Part shown: positions 11,489-24,448 of the stretch, in pieces | Layout of the letters: the number at the start of each line of letters is the position of its first letter | Position numbering within the stretch: the stretch's first letter is position 1 | Source: Trichinella spiralis | Lineage: Eukaryota | Direction: 5' to 3' | Length of the DNA stretch: 54,561 bases | NCBI RefSeq assembly: GCF_000181795.1 | Contig: NW_003526943.1 | Location: forward strand, 5,027,081-5,081,641 | Made by a program: the position numbers and the translations under genes | The notes under the pieces: model-generated | Seen by the model: the letters and a program-made list of their open reading frames with translations, nothing else | Database searches by the model: none | Told to the model about the DNA's origin: nothing

Positions 11489-14400
11489 TCACCGCTCTTT
11501 TCATCCAATAGTTCTTTCTTTTTCTTCGGTTGAATTGGCTCTACTAAAAAAACAAACAAACAAACAAATAAACAAAACAAAGAAATTTAAATTTGAAATA
11601 GAGATTTTAAAAATCGGTACAATCGAACGGAGGAAAAGTGCACGGTATGCGCTTTTTGATAATGTGCCATTGGAGTATAACTTCAGGATCGATTTCTGCG
11701 ATCGCGAATTCAGGTCTGACTTCGCTTATCCATTCACTTTTCGGTCGTTGCATGTCGAAAATTTCCTCACTTTTCATGCTGGATCTTTGAAATGAAATTC
11801 AAAATTCAAAAAAAGAATTTTCAAACAACAACAACAACAAAAATTACTCGTCGGGATTATCAGTTTGTTTGAAAATACGCATCGACGATCGCTTTGAATT
11901 GTAACGTAAAATATACCATCCTTCGTCGTAACTGAGAAGAAAAAGAAAAAAGAAAAGCAAGATCAACAACCGACAATTTCATATACAACAACAACAACAA
12001 TAACGTTTATATCGCACTGTACCTGGATAACCTCTTCAAGACGCGATAAAGGTTGCTGTAGTTCTGTCCCATCCTGTGCAACATTTATTTTATGAGAATA
12101 ATTACATATTTAATATTAAAAAAATACTCACAATCCATCTCTTGAAATTCGTCGCAGCAAGTCGTCCGAAGAACACTTCTCCACGCCCAGAATATCACCG
12201 GTAGCGTAATGAACACGCGCTGTTGAATTTGAAAATTCAAAAATAAAATTAATAATAATAATATTTTTTCTGCTGCTTTCTTCTTACGTATAAAATGCTG
12301 CTTTGTCCTTTTCAACCACGAAGTCCAATAGTGATACTGTAGTTCTTCGATGGACAATTTCTCGGCACCGTGACAGGGTTGAAATTCAACCTTGGGCGCG
12401 AACGAGATGTCCACCCGACGCAACACTTCCGACTGGTCAGACGGTTGTTTAAGTACAGCGTCGTTGTTGGATCGGATAATCAAGTTCAAACTGCCCAATT
12501 TCCACAAATTGTAATGCCACTGGGTGCCGGCAGTTTCCGGTTCCACGTAACTGGACGGCAATTCTGCTGGTATTTCTGAAAATTCAACCCAACACTGATT
12601 CAACAACAACAACAACAACAAATAATTTGAATTAAAAAATTAACCTTGATTCTTTTTCGGCTTTTTGTTACAGGCCACTCCAAATCCTGGTACATTTTGC
12701 AGCATCTCGCTGAATATGTCATTCAATTTTGGCTTCTTTGCGCCCTTTTTCGCGGCTTTTTCTTCATTCCTTGAAATCCAAGAACAATCCATAAGTTCAA
12801 TTAACATCAATCATCAAGCAATTCGTTTCATAATTTTTATTAGTTATTTTTTGTTTTTCTTTTACAACACTGATCTTTTTGAGAATTTGTACAGTTCAAC
12901 AACAACAAATATAAAAAATTCAATTTATCGTTCATTCGTACGCGCATTTAAAAATAAAAAAAAACATTTTGTTGACATTCCACAAATAACATGAATGAAG
13001 CGAAGAAGAAAATGTTGAAATGATCGATTGATTTGCATAATTTGTCGTATCAAAATGAAACAAACAATCGTTTCGATCTCAGAATAAGTGTATCCATCAG
13101 TTGAGAAAATCAGTGAAAAAGTCTAGCAAAAAGCATTCGGAAAGAAAATAATCGACCGGTCAATATTTGTATTTTGTCAAATTGATTTATCTATCATATA
13201 TGTCTCCAGTGGTATAGTAAACAAACACTGGTACTTGTAAACTTTGAAATTTTGGCAAAACAAACTTTTTTCAAAAAATAATAATAAAAGAATCAGTTGA
13301 TAAGACTGAACTTTTCACAATTTATAAAATAAATAATTTGGGATATCACGTCGATTCAAATATAAATCCCCATTGTTGTTGTTTTTTCATTCAAACCCTC
13401 TTTTTTCATTCATCTTTGTTAGCGTAAATTTTTTCACAAGCTACGAGCATACTGTCATTTCTATCAACCAAGTGATGATAATTCAAATTTGAATTTGCAT
13501 ATTTGAAAATTTTTTTTTCAATTTTCCACGAAACTGCACGCCTGTAGAGTGAAAATTCAAAAATGGACAATTCATTTATCACTGAACAAATTCAAATTTC
13601 TTTTTTCTCGCACACTTGAGAATCAAATTTTTTTACTGTAACTTATTTCTCAACGCAAATGTTTTACGCTGAACAAACTACGATTGTTGACAAAAATAAT
13701 TTTCCTTTCGTTCCGTTTTTGAAAATTTTCAAAACAAAACAAAATATACTTAAATATTCTACCAATTGTGAAATGTACAATTTAACGTTTTTTATCTTTA
13801 ACAAAGAATAATTTTTTGGAAAAAAATAATCCGATTGATAATTGAATAAAATTAATTTCAAATTTGTAGCCCAATTTTACTGACCTTACTAAGTAAATGA
13901 CTGACTGTTCAGCGAAACAAGAAACGACAGCTGTCATTGTTGGCATAATGAGAGAGAAGAGAAGAACATCTGGTATACGAGATCGGATGATTGAATTGAA
14001 AATTAAAGGTGAAACTTCTGAAAAGCCGCGCTTTCAAATATTATGCATATGTTCTGTGTACATCAGTTGCTTGAGCGACGACAAAATTAGTTTCTTAGTT
14101 TGAAAAATGAATTTGAAATAAAAGAACAGAAAAGCAACTGACACAAAAACAACTGCTACTTTTAATCAATCTTTTTTGTATAATGATCAAAATATAAATC
14201 AGATGTAATAATTAAAACAACTATATGTAAAAATATATATATATTCTTAAAAATAGATTTGTTTAGATTTCAGCACTCGATAAAACAGTCTATTATTACG
14301 GCAAATCGATTTAAAAGAGAATCGGTTAGTCAATTTTGTCATGTTACAACATGCAAAATTTGGTCACTTTCACAAGCATAACAAATTCAAATTTCATCAT

Positions 14401-17400
14401 TTTGTTCAGTAAGATCAAATCAATCAACAAATCATAATAAATCAAATATATTCCATTTATAACTTTTAATTAATTATACATAAATTTCAAAGTTAATAAT
14501 TGCATATTTAAAATTATTTCACCGATTCCAACTCATATATATGCTCATTTTCACAATAAAAATGGTCGCGATCATAAAAATATTTTTGAAAATTTCATCA
14601 ATTTGTGCCTTGACATTTATGTATTATCATTTTTTTTAAAAATAACATCGTCGTCCTTGATATTAGAAATGCAAAATGTTTCCTATTATATTTATTATTC
14701 CCCACTAGTGAATACCTTCAACTATTGCATTTAATTGTTACATTTAAATCCATATTATACAAATGTATATACATATATGATTAATTTTGATACAATAATA
14801 AATATCAGAATAAGCACAGTATTCGAAAATTACAAATTATTCTTTTCTTCTTATTTTTAGAATTTCCCAATCAACAAAATAATATTATATAAATGCAGAA
14901 AATAATGGAAGAAGTTTAAAGTGTTAAATGAAAGCTAATATTTAAAGAAAATAAAAATTGTAGAACAAAAATTCCTCGTCAAAATATCTCTGCACAACTG
15001 TTCCCCTCCTTCTTCCACTTTTATTCTCGTCCACATCCTCGAAATGATTGAAACTTTTGAAACGTTGTCGTACGGTGAAATTAAATGAATAAATTGATAA
15101 AATATGCTAATAAACAAAGAAACATGCACAACAATTCTGTTATAAACTGAACTGAAAATCAATAGCCGATTATAATAAATATTTCCTGACGTCGAGAGTG
15201 CAAAAGCTGGCCACACTGACTGAAAGCGGGCAATTTCATGCTTGATGGCTTTGGGATGAAAGCGGAAGTCGAGCACGGTCTGGCATTTTCTTTTCAACTT
15301 CACTCGACATATGATAATTGATTATCGGTGGGAACAAGCGTTGCTGTTGCTGTTGCTGTTGTTGTTGTTGTTGATGATGCTGACCACTGTCCAAATTGAC
15401 CTACACAAGATGGTCGTCTACTTTTGCCTATTGTTCACCTCCAACCAGATCTCCTTTTTCCCCTACACATCTGGAAAATACTTTTCCCAACAGTGTATTC
15501 AAATCAGTTTGAGAAAATTATCAACTTGTCAACCTTTTATTCAATGTTGCTTTTGCAAACAAACAAACAAACATTTTCCCAGCAGATATAAATTATACGC
15601 ATTTATATGTGTGTGTGTGTATGTCCATTTCTATCAAAACTGACTAAAGCATTCATAAATTCTTTGTTATTATTATTATTATTAATTCAAGTTTCACAAC
15701 TAAAAAATACCGCAACCTCACAACAGCCTTCAATACAACCTTGCTAACACGTCGTCCAATTATAGAAAATAATTAAAATTTTCAAAAACTTTCAAATTAA
15801 ATCAATTTAAAAAGTCCAATTTTAACTCGCCTTATTATGTTTACATATTGGCTATTTTACGTTAATGTAAAAATTAAAACAATCGAATGCCAAAGTAGTG
15901 AGTAATTTTAAGCGAAGTTTTAAAGAAAAAACGCTAACATGAGAAAATTTTAGCAGATGAAAAAAGACTCGTTCAAAAACTGCGCGTTTCATTTTATAAA
16001 ATGAATAATGATAATTTCTGCATGTTTAGTTGAAATTGATTATTCAATAAAAAAAATAACGAAAAACTTTGAATAAAAAACCACCTCCAACTGTGGAACT
16101 AATTTTTGTTCACCGTTTGTTAATTGTTTGACTAATACTTATGATTTCATGAGGAAATTTTAAACTTGAATCGATCATCATCAGCAGCAGTGCACATTGG
16201 GCACAGGGTTGAATTTCAAATTAAAAAGAAAAAAAAAGTAAATTATACAAATTGAATATTTCATTGTGAGCAATTTTTGCTGTAAAATAGTGATATTTTC
16301 GATTTCGAAATTTTTGTATATATATATTTTTTTTTTGAAATTATAAAGTAGTTGATGGGGGAAAATGTGAAGAAAACAACAACAACAACAACAACCTCAA
16401 CCCTACTGTAGCAGTGTGGAATCAAGTTGAATTAAAATTGCCGAGCAGTATTACTACTGGGGTGGACAGATAGAATAACGAACGCTTTGAAATTTGTTTT
16501 CCAAATTCTGCAACCAAGCCAATCAAGCATGCTATACACAACTAGCATTATTCCAAGCATTCGGTTCAGGTCACACAAACACACACACGCATAAGCTCTC
16601 AACATATGCATATTAGCTTTATAGCGAAATTGTCTAGAATATTATGTCTCGTTTTCGAAAGTCGAACATTCGTACACGTACATACATACATACAATAGAC
16701 AAACAAACGAAAGTTCTTCATGCTGAATAAACAGAACGAAAAGGACACACAAACGTGAACAATTGAAAAGATATTGCAATCGTAAATATTAAAATGAAAC
16801 AACTATCACTTCTAGTGTTCAGTTTAAAATTAAACAAAAAAAATGAAAATTATGCTTGAATATTGATTTGAATGAGAACATTACTTATCAAACAAATATC
16901 ATGATTACCCTCCCTGTCAGTCACCGATGAAAATTACATTGTTTTACATTCGAATATTATTACAATTAGTTTTATGAATATTAATAAATGAAAACAATTC
17001 CATTTTATTGCATATTTTTTTTCTTCTGCAAAATAAAAAAAGGAGTAACTCTTTGTCAAAGCGACACTGCTTGTTGAGACGTTAATCTATTATTTTCCAC
17101 AAACAACAACAGCACCAATGTTAGCAGCAGTGATTATTTAACGGCAATATAGTAACAACCGATAAGAAGAAGAAAAATTATGCATGCCTAGCCTAGCGCT
17201 GGCAGTAGTGATGATTTTCATCAAATCAACAATCGATAATATTCGAATCATGGAAATTTCTATCAATCTATATATATATATATATGATATTTCTCATTCA
17301 AACGACACAAACTTTTGCATTGTTTATTACATTCTGCAGCAGCACCTCTAGTAAGCAACTAACTTTGCATAAATAAGAAAATTTCAACTATACGTTATTA

Positions 17401-20400
17401 TTATTATTATGGCTTATCAGTGATAATATGATGCAAATCAGCTTTTTGTTTGCTTTTGAAATTGCAAACGTCACAATCTGTCACACAACAAGCCAAAGCC
17501 AAAACAACAACAGCATACTTTAACTTCTATGCAAATTGAAACAATCTCAGACAACCGATACTTTAAAAAAATGGGTTCTTTTTTTTCTTTTTTATTTCTT
17601 TCAAGTATCCCGATGATTCGAACAAATTATTCCAATTTCAAACAACAATTATCATATTATTGTACTTTTACAACACGATAAAAATCTGACGTCACAAGTT
17701 GAAAAAAGAAAATTTTAAAAAAAATAATGTTGGCAAGTTGCCAAAAGGAAAAATTTTTCCCGCCGAAAAAAAGGGTCAATTTGAATGTTCGCCAGAACAG
17801 GCTGAAAGAGCGTCAAGCACACAGCTGCGAGGTCATTTGTGGCGCGCAACACGAGCGCTTTTGTTATCATTATTCATATTCATATTCATATATTCTCATT
17901 TAGACTGAAAAGAATCAATAAATTTGAACAAAAAAAATACAACAACTAAAATTATACATATTTTTCGCCTGTTGCTCTGGGTGTGTGTGAATTTTAATAA
18001 AATTTAAAAATTTTAAATATCTTTTTTGTTTTTTTTGAATTTTTTTTCAATTGAATGAAAAAAATAGTAAAATTCTACCAAATTCTTGGAATAATTATAA
18101 TAATTTTTTTTCTTCATAAATAACGATAATAATTTTTCTCTGTGGTGGTGTTAAATGAGAATGAAAAAAAATGCGGGAAGAAATGAATCTCATCAATTCA
18201 ATCATGGAAAATCAAATTTAAATTCAGAAAAAAAAATTATTCATCCAGACGTCGACGATGAGGAATTTTCAATAGCGCAGACGCGCAAAATTGATCACAA
18301 TTTCCACTGCTAAAGCACAGCAGCAAAAGCAGCGGCAGCACATGCACACACACCACACACACACACGCACAAATTAATCGATATTGTTTTGTCGACTAAT
18401 TATTATCGTCAGATGCAACAACAACAACAACAACAACAACACCAACAATAAAATAATAATAATAATAGTATGCCTCGTTATGCAAATTATAAAAATAATA
18501 TATAATATCCCAACAAAAGATGAAAATTGAAAAATTTTTGCATACACGTACGCTGATTATCTCCCATCATACTCTGGACTAGCATTGATTCAAGGAAAAG
18601 GGACAACAAAACATTGATATTATTTTTCAAAAAAAAACCAACCAACAAACTTTCAACACTCTTGTTATTTCAAATGAAAATTTTAAACAACATAACTTTA
18701 AATAATTTGCATAAAAATTTCATCCTCACCCCAACATGCATAAAGTATAAATTATAATAACAAAAGAAAAAAAATAAATGCTCGCTTACGATTTATTTCC
18801 GCTGGTCGATGGTAAGTTTGGGTTCGACGACGGCAAATCCTCAGATTCTAAAAAAAGCACATATTTTAATCATTTCACTTATTCAGTATCCTCAAATAGA
18901 TAAATGAATAATATTAACTACATATATATAAATATTATATTGTAAAAATAAAGCAAAACCGATTTCACTTATTCAAAATTCATATTGCAGAATCTACAAG
19001 TGGATGTATTTTTTTTTCTTGTTTCTCATATTTGATTCCACGTGAAAAATGTGAAAGCAAAAACAATATTTTGCATCTATACGTATATTTTGTATCTGCA
19101 CATACTAAGAGCAACTAGACACTTTCGCTTATTACAAGCAGACCTCGATTGTATTGTTTCTTACAGATACACATTTTTTGAAAAATCATTCACGTCAACA
19201 ACAACAACAACAACAACAAGTAAAAAACGTCAACAATAACATAAACAACACAATGCATCTCTTGGCATCTGTTTGTTGATTCAAAGTAAAAAAAGAAAAG
19301 AAAACAAAAAAATAACAATAAACATAAAAATTAATATTCAACAGAATAATTTGAATAATAAAAAGTTTTTTATTGAAAAAAAAACTCTCGTAAAAGTGAT
19401 CATAAAAAGAAGATAAAAAAAGTAACGACTGGCATTCAGTGGAAATTTGAAAAGTGAAACTTGTTGTTGCTGTTGTTGTTGTTGTGTTGTTCACAGACTT
19501 GCTTGCTATTATTATGAAAGCAAATGAAAATTCGTCTGTTTTGAAATAATATAAATTATTTTAAAATATAATAAAAGAAAGAATAAAAAATTCTTTACCC
19601 ATCAACAATAAATAAATAAACAATTTTATAATAATATCATCTCAGTAAGAAAATAGGAAAAAAATATGTAAACAACAATTCCACTTCTGCTGCTTTCTCC
19701 CATCCTACTTACTACTACTTCTAATACCACAGACCAACAGTAGTAGTTTCAATGCACTTTTGAAAATTGCATTCAAAATCAATTTTCATCAACAACAAAA
19801 ATATAATTATAATGCAAATGGAAAAAAATTATATATATGGTTCATTTTTCTAAAATTTACAAATATCACTACTGAATAATAACAGTAGTGATAATAAATA
19901 TGAAATTCCATTGAACAAAAATTATCATTCATCTTGTCAAAATGTTTGTTGCACTGCATCAGAAACCAACTTGAACCACACACACACACACACACACACC
20001 GCAACAGTGCTGTGATCAATTAGCAGCAGCAACTAGCAATTGAGCAAATATGCTAGTTTTCATTTTATTTCATATTCCAAGCTCAAATACAAAATCCAAT
20101 GCAAAAATGAACAAAAAAGCATCAAAATCACTACCACCACCAACAGAATAAAAATACAATATGGTGAAACCCCTCTCCCTCTCCCCCTCCCCCTCTTGCG
20201 CCGAACCAACTGCCCAAGCATGTTGTTGTCCAACAACTTTCCATCTCAATGCAAATAATAATAATAATAATTTATAATTTTTTCAAAAAAATTATTAAGA
20301 ATAAAAAAAATATCAGAAAAAAAACTTGCAAAGTATATTTACAAGATATAATACACTTTAGAAATGTTTCAAGATAATACGAGGTATGGTATTTTCGAAA

Positions 20401-23400
20401 AATTGATCAAGAGGTAACTAGAAGAAGAAAACTTTTTCCCATAGAACAAGCAAGTTTGAAAAAATGTAATTGAACGGTAAAAATTCAGTTGAAAAAATTG
20501 TTCAACTATTAAAAAAAGATTACACAAATTATAATTGCACGTTTAAAGTCCCAGACACTCCACAATCCAAGTGGAGAAATGAGTAATGTTTGATTTGCAA
20601 GTTTATCGCCAATTACGTGTGCAGAAATTATACAGAAAAGATTTCCATTAAAAATATAAAATTATCAAAAAATTTAAATTCTTATATCAGTAATAAAAAT
20701 GAAATAAATTGATAAACACGCGGAGAACAGTAGTTGAGATGGGAAGAGAGAGAGGAAAAAAAATTCGCTCGGATGTATCTAATGTATATTTTCTTCTCGT
20801 TCCACTGGTGTTTGTGGGGAAATTTTGGAATTTTTAAATCATTTCATAAATTAAATTCAACCGTGAATTTCCATGTTCAATAATTTACATGTAATATGGA
20901 AATAAAATTTGAAAAAGATGCAAAAATATCGTCGACAAATTAACATCATCGTCTGAGAGGTAAACGGTGAGTTTCATTTCGTCGCAGTTTGGAAGCTTAA
21001 AAAATGGTAATATTGCCAAAATTGTCAATGTTCTACAATTTTCCATACTGGCCAAGTATGGAAGTGTAAAAAAATTTTCAAATTTCGTCCACAGTCGAGC
21101 AGGGTGAGGAACAAAAGTTGGAAACGTAAATTCGAAAAGTTCCACCATTGAGTAAGTAGTGTTCAGTTTTTCGCCTGTCATTCCAACGCAAGTGGGTAAA
21201 ATTATGTAAAAGTGGGCATCGATCGAAAGCCCGAACAATATTCTACAACACTAAACGAATCTCGCAGTCAGAAAAGTGACCAGTGACAAATTAGCGAAAG
21301 AAAAAGAAAAAAATAATATTCCAAAATCTCTTCGTCAACTTTTCTTTGACGGATATTTGGCCAATTTTTGAGTTTGAGAAAATTTCAAAAAAACCATCCT
21401 AACTAGACGATGGTCAGCTTTCGATGGAATGGTCAATCGGTCAGAAAGTCGGACAATTGGTCCACTGTAAAGGGAAAAGTATTGACGGAGAAACACAGCC
21501 GCTGGTGAATTTGAGCGTAATACACACGCGCGCTAGTAACAACAGCGTCCCCCGTCGACGACGGCCTATTTAAACATCGAACGGGCGGCCTCCAATCATT
21601 TTGCTCGATTTCTGTTTAACGAATTGCTGCTGCTCGTCTCGGCGACAATTTTCACGTTCATTTCAACTTTTTCCTCTGCATAAGTTGGAGCACAAAAATT
21701 TTGTCTCCTCTCACTCTTTGTATATATATATATATATATATTTGAGTGGGTGTGATGTCTTCTCCTAACGTCGCTGCCTCTGCTACCTCGAATCCCGTTG
21801 CCGCGCCCAATGCGCAAAAAAAATCCCGAGCACCAAAAAAGCCGAAAACGGCAAGCAACCATCCGGCTTACACCGAGATGATTGTCACCGCTTTGAAAAC
21901 GTTGAAAGATCACCACGGCTCTAGTCGCCAAGGTCTACTTAAATACATTATGGCCCATTACAACGTCGGTAGCGACGCGAAAATGGTCAACGCGCACATG
22001 AAAATGGCTTTGAAACGAGGCTTGAAATCCGGAGCAATCAAACTTGCCAAAGGTACTGGTGCATCTGGACGTTTCCGCGTCGGTGAAACCAAACCGGCAG
22101 TGGTGAAAAAGCCCAAAAAGGCCAGCACTACGGTCAAGAAGACGGTAAAGAAGTCGACGAAAAAACAAACAGCCGGCGCATCGTCCGCAAGTACGAAGGT
22201 GAAAGCGAAAAATCCCAAAAAACCCAAGTCCGCTTCAACGACAACCGCCGCCGCCGCATCAGCGAAGAAAACCAAAGCAGCCGCCAAACCGAAAAAGGTG
22301 AAAGCTACTGCTGCTACCGCTACCTCCAAGAAGCCCAAAGCTAGCAAGCCTAAAGTGGCCAAGCCGAAGAAACCGTCCACGCCGAAAACGAAGAAACCTA
22401 CTCAAAAGAAAGCTTGAAAAGTTGTTTTCTCTCTCTCTCTTCTTACTTTCTCTCTTTCTCTCTCTCGCTCTTTTTATACTATCTCGTTTTACATTGTCAT
22501 TATTATTATTATATCATGTTATTACCCTTGTGTCGCCCATTCTTAATGAGTGTTTTTTGTTTTACTTTAAATTTGATGCTTGCTGCTGCTGTACAGATGA
22601 AAAATGTTGCTTAGATTAAAAAAAGTTTGAACTATATTATGTGTAATTTTCGTTTCTTTTTTTATCGATTGATGAAATGACACATGCTTTTATACGTTGG
22701 CTCTCTCTGTTCAATTGACCGCCTCAGTCAACAATACCGGTCCTACTTACTGTTACAGTATGACATGTCGATGTCGGTGACAAGTGTGCGTAATATGAAT
22801 GCCTTGCAGGCGTATTTGGCAGCTAGACGACGCGCATTCGGAGCCGTAACGCAGTCGCTGCAGATTGGTTTCAATGCAAATAGTACTTTCATCTTTTCTC
22901 CTGTGAAAACAACAACAATTTTATATTAATAATGATGTACTAATTTTGTCCACTGACCATCCACATTGTTTACGTCGTTTAACAATTCAATGCGAATTGG
23001 GATGTCGAAATTTTGACAACAAAGCCAACCGCTGCCGGTGAGCAGCGCACGTATTGTCGACATTGTACTAACCACGTTCGCTGGATACTTTTTCAACAGA
23101 CGCCTGACGTTCGGATCTTTGTGTATGAAAACCTGAAATTTCATCAAACATTTTACACAATTTTCAAATTGCCATCCCCGACTGCTGTGGTGGACTTTTG
23201 TCGAACGCTCCGTTGGCGGGTATTTTTCAACAACTGATTCAAAATCTCCGAAACGAATTCCAGCCTGACGATGCAGATCCGGCTTGTGAAATTCAAAAAC
23301 ACTGCCCTAAGTAATACAGACAATGAGGTATATATTTTGGAATTTATTTTTAAAAAATCGATCAAAAATGTCTCATTTTGAATCAAATTTCAATATTATT

Positions 23401-24412
23401 TTGCTTCTTTTGTTTGTTTGTTTGTTTTTTTCAAAAATATCTATTGAAAATTTATACAACAAATTTCACCACTGTCCGTGAATAGTTTTGTTTGTTTATT
23501 TTTCAACTTCTTCATCGAACTTTGAACGTTTGGCGCGTTGTTTTTCGCAAAAATTGACAACAGACGAGCCGTTCGACAAAACAACGCGTCCATTATTAAT
23601 CAAATTCCGTAGAATTACACATAAGTTGTCAAGGAGAGAAAGAAAAATTTTTTTTGCTAAATTTAATTTTCTAAATTTTTGTAAATTTATAAATTATACA
23701 CCAATTATGTGAATTATACGTGAATATGTAAAAGTATTCGGCTGAACAAATTTTTTGAAAAAGAAAAAAATTCGAGAGTTAAAAAAAGTATTCTGATTTT
23801 CAGGTACAATTTGATGAATAGAATGAAAACGTTGAAAAATGATTGAAAAAAAATTACCTTTGACCATTTCAACATTAGAAAAATTGTGAAATAAAAAAAT
23901 TTATTTAATATAAATTATTTTATTTTATTTTTGAATACATTTAACAAAAGTTGACTTACTGTTTTCAACAGCAACTGCTTGAATTCCATAAAAGCGTGGT
24001 CGTTTGAAGAATCCTTCTTCAACGATCCCGCGTTTTCGAACCATTCTGGTATCAGTTCACAAGTGCGCAAAATTCTGTTCAAAATGCAATCCTAAATTTG
24101 GAAAAAAAATTTTTTTTTTGCTTAACATTTAAAAATTCAAATTAATTTCGATAATTCGATTGAAGCAAAGGAAAAATAGAGGAAATTTACATTTCATTTA
24201 CAAATTAAAATTCACATTAAGAAAATGAATAACCGATTGATCGCGTTGACAGGTTATCCAATTACAACATACCGTTGTGTATTTCAAAATGGCGAACGGC
24301 AATTTTGAATAGCGATCTTTTACATTTGATAAAGTATGATTTCGAACAAATTCATTGAATTTGACATATTCTTCGGCTAGAGAAGCTTTCACATTCTACA
24401 AAACAAAAAGAA

Positions 24413-24448
<36 letters not shown>

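Noticed and set aside
21935..22380. Hydrophobic antisense ORFs overlapping H1
   Set aside because: Reverse complement of Lys/Ala codons gives Phe/Leu/Ala runs; an artefact.
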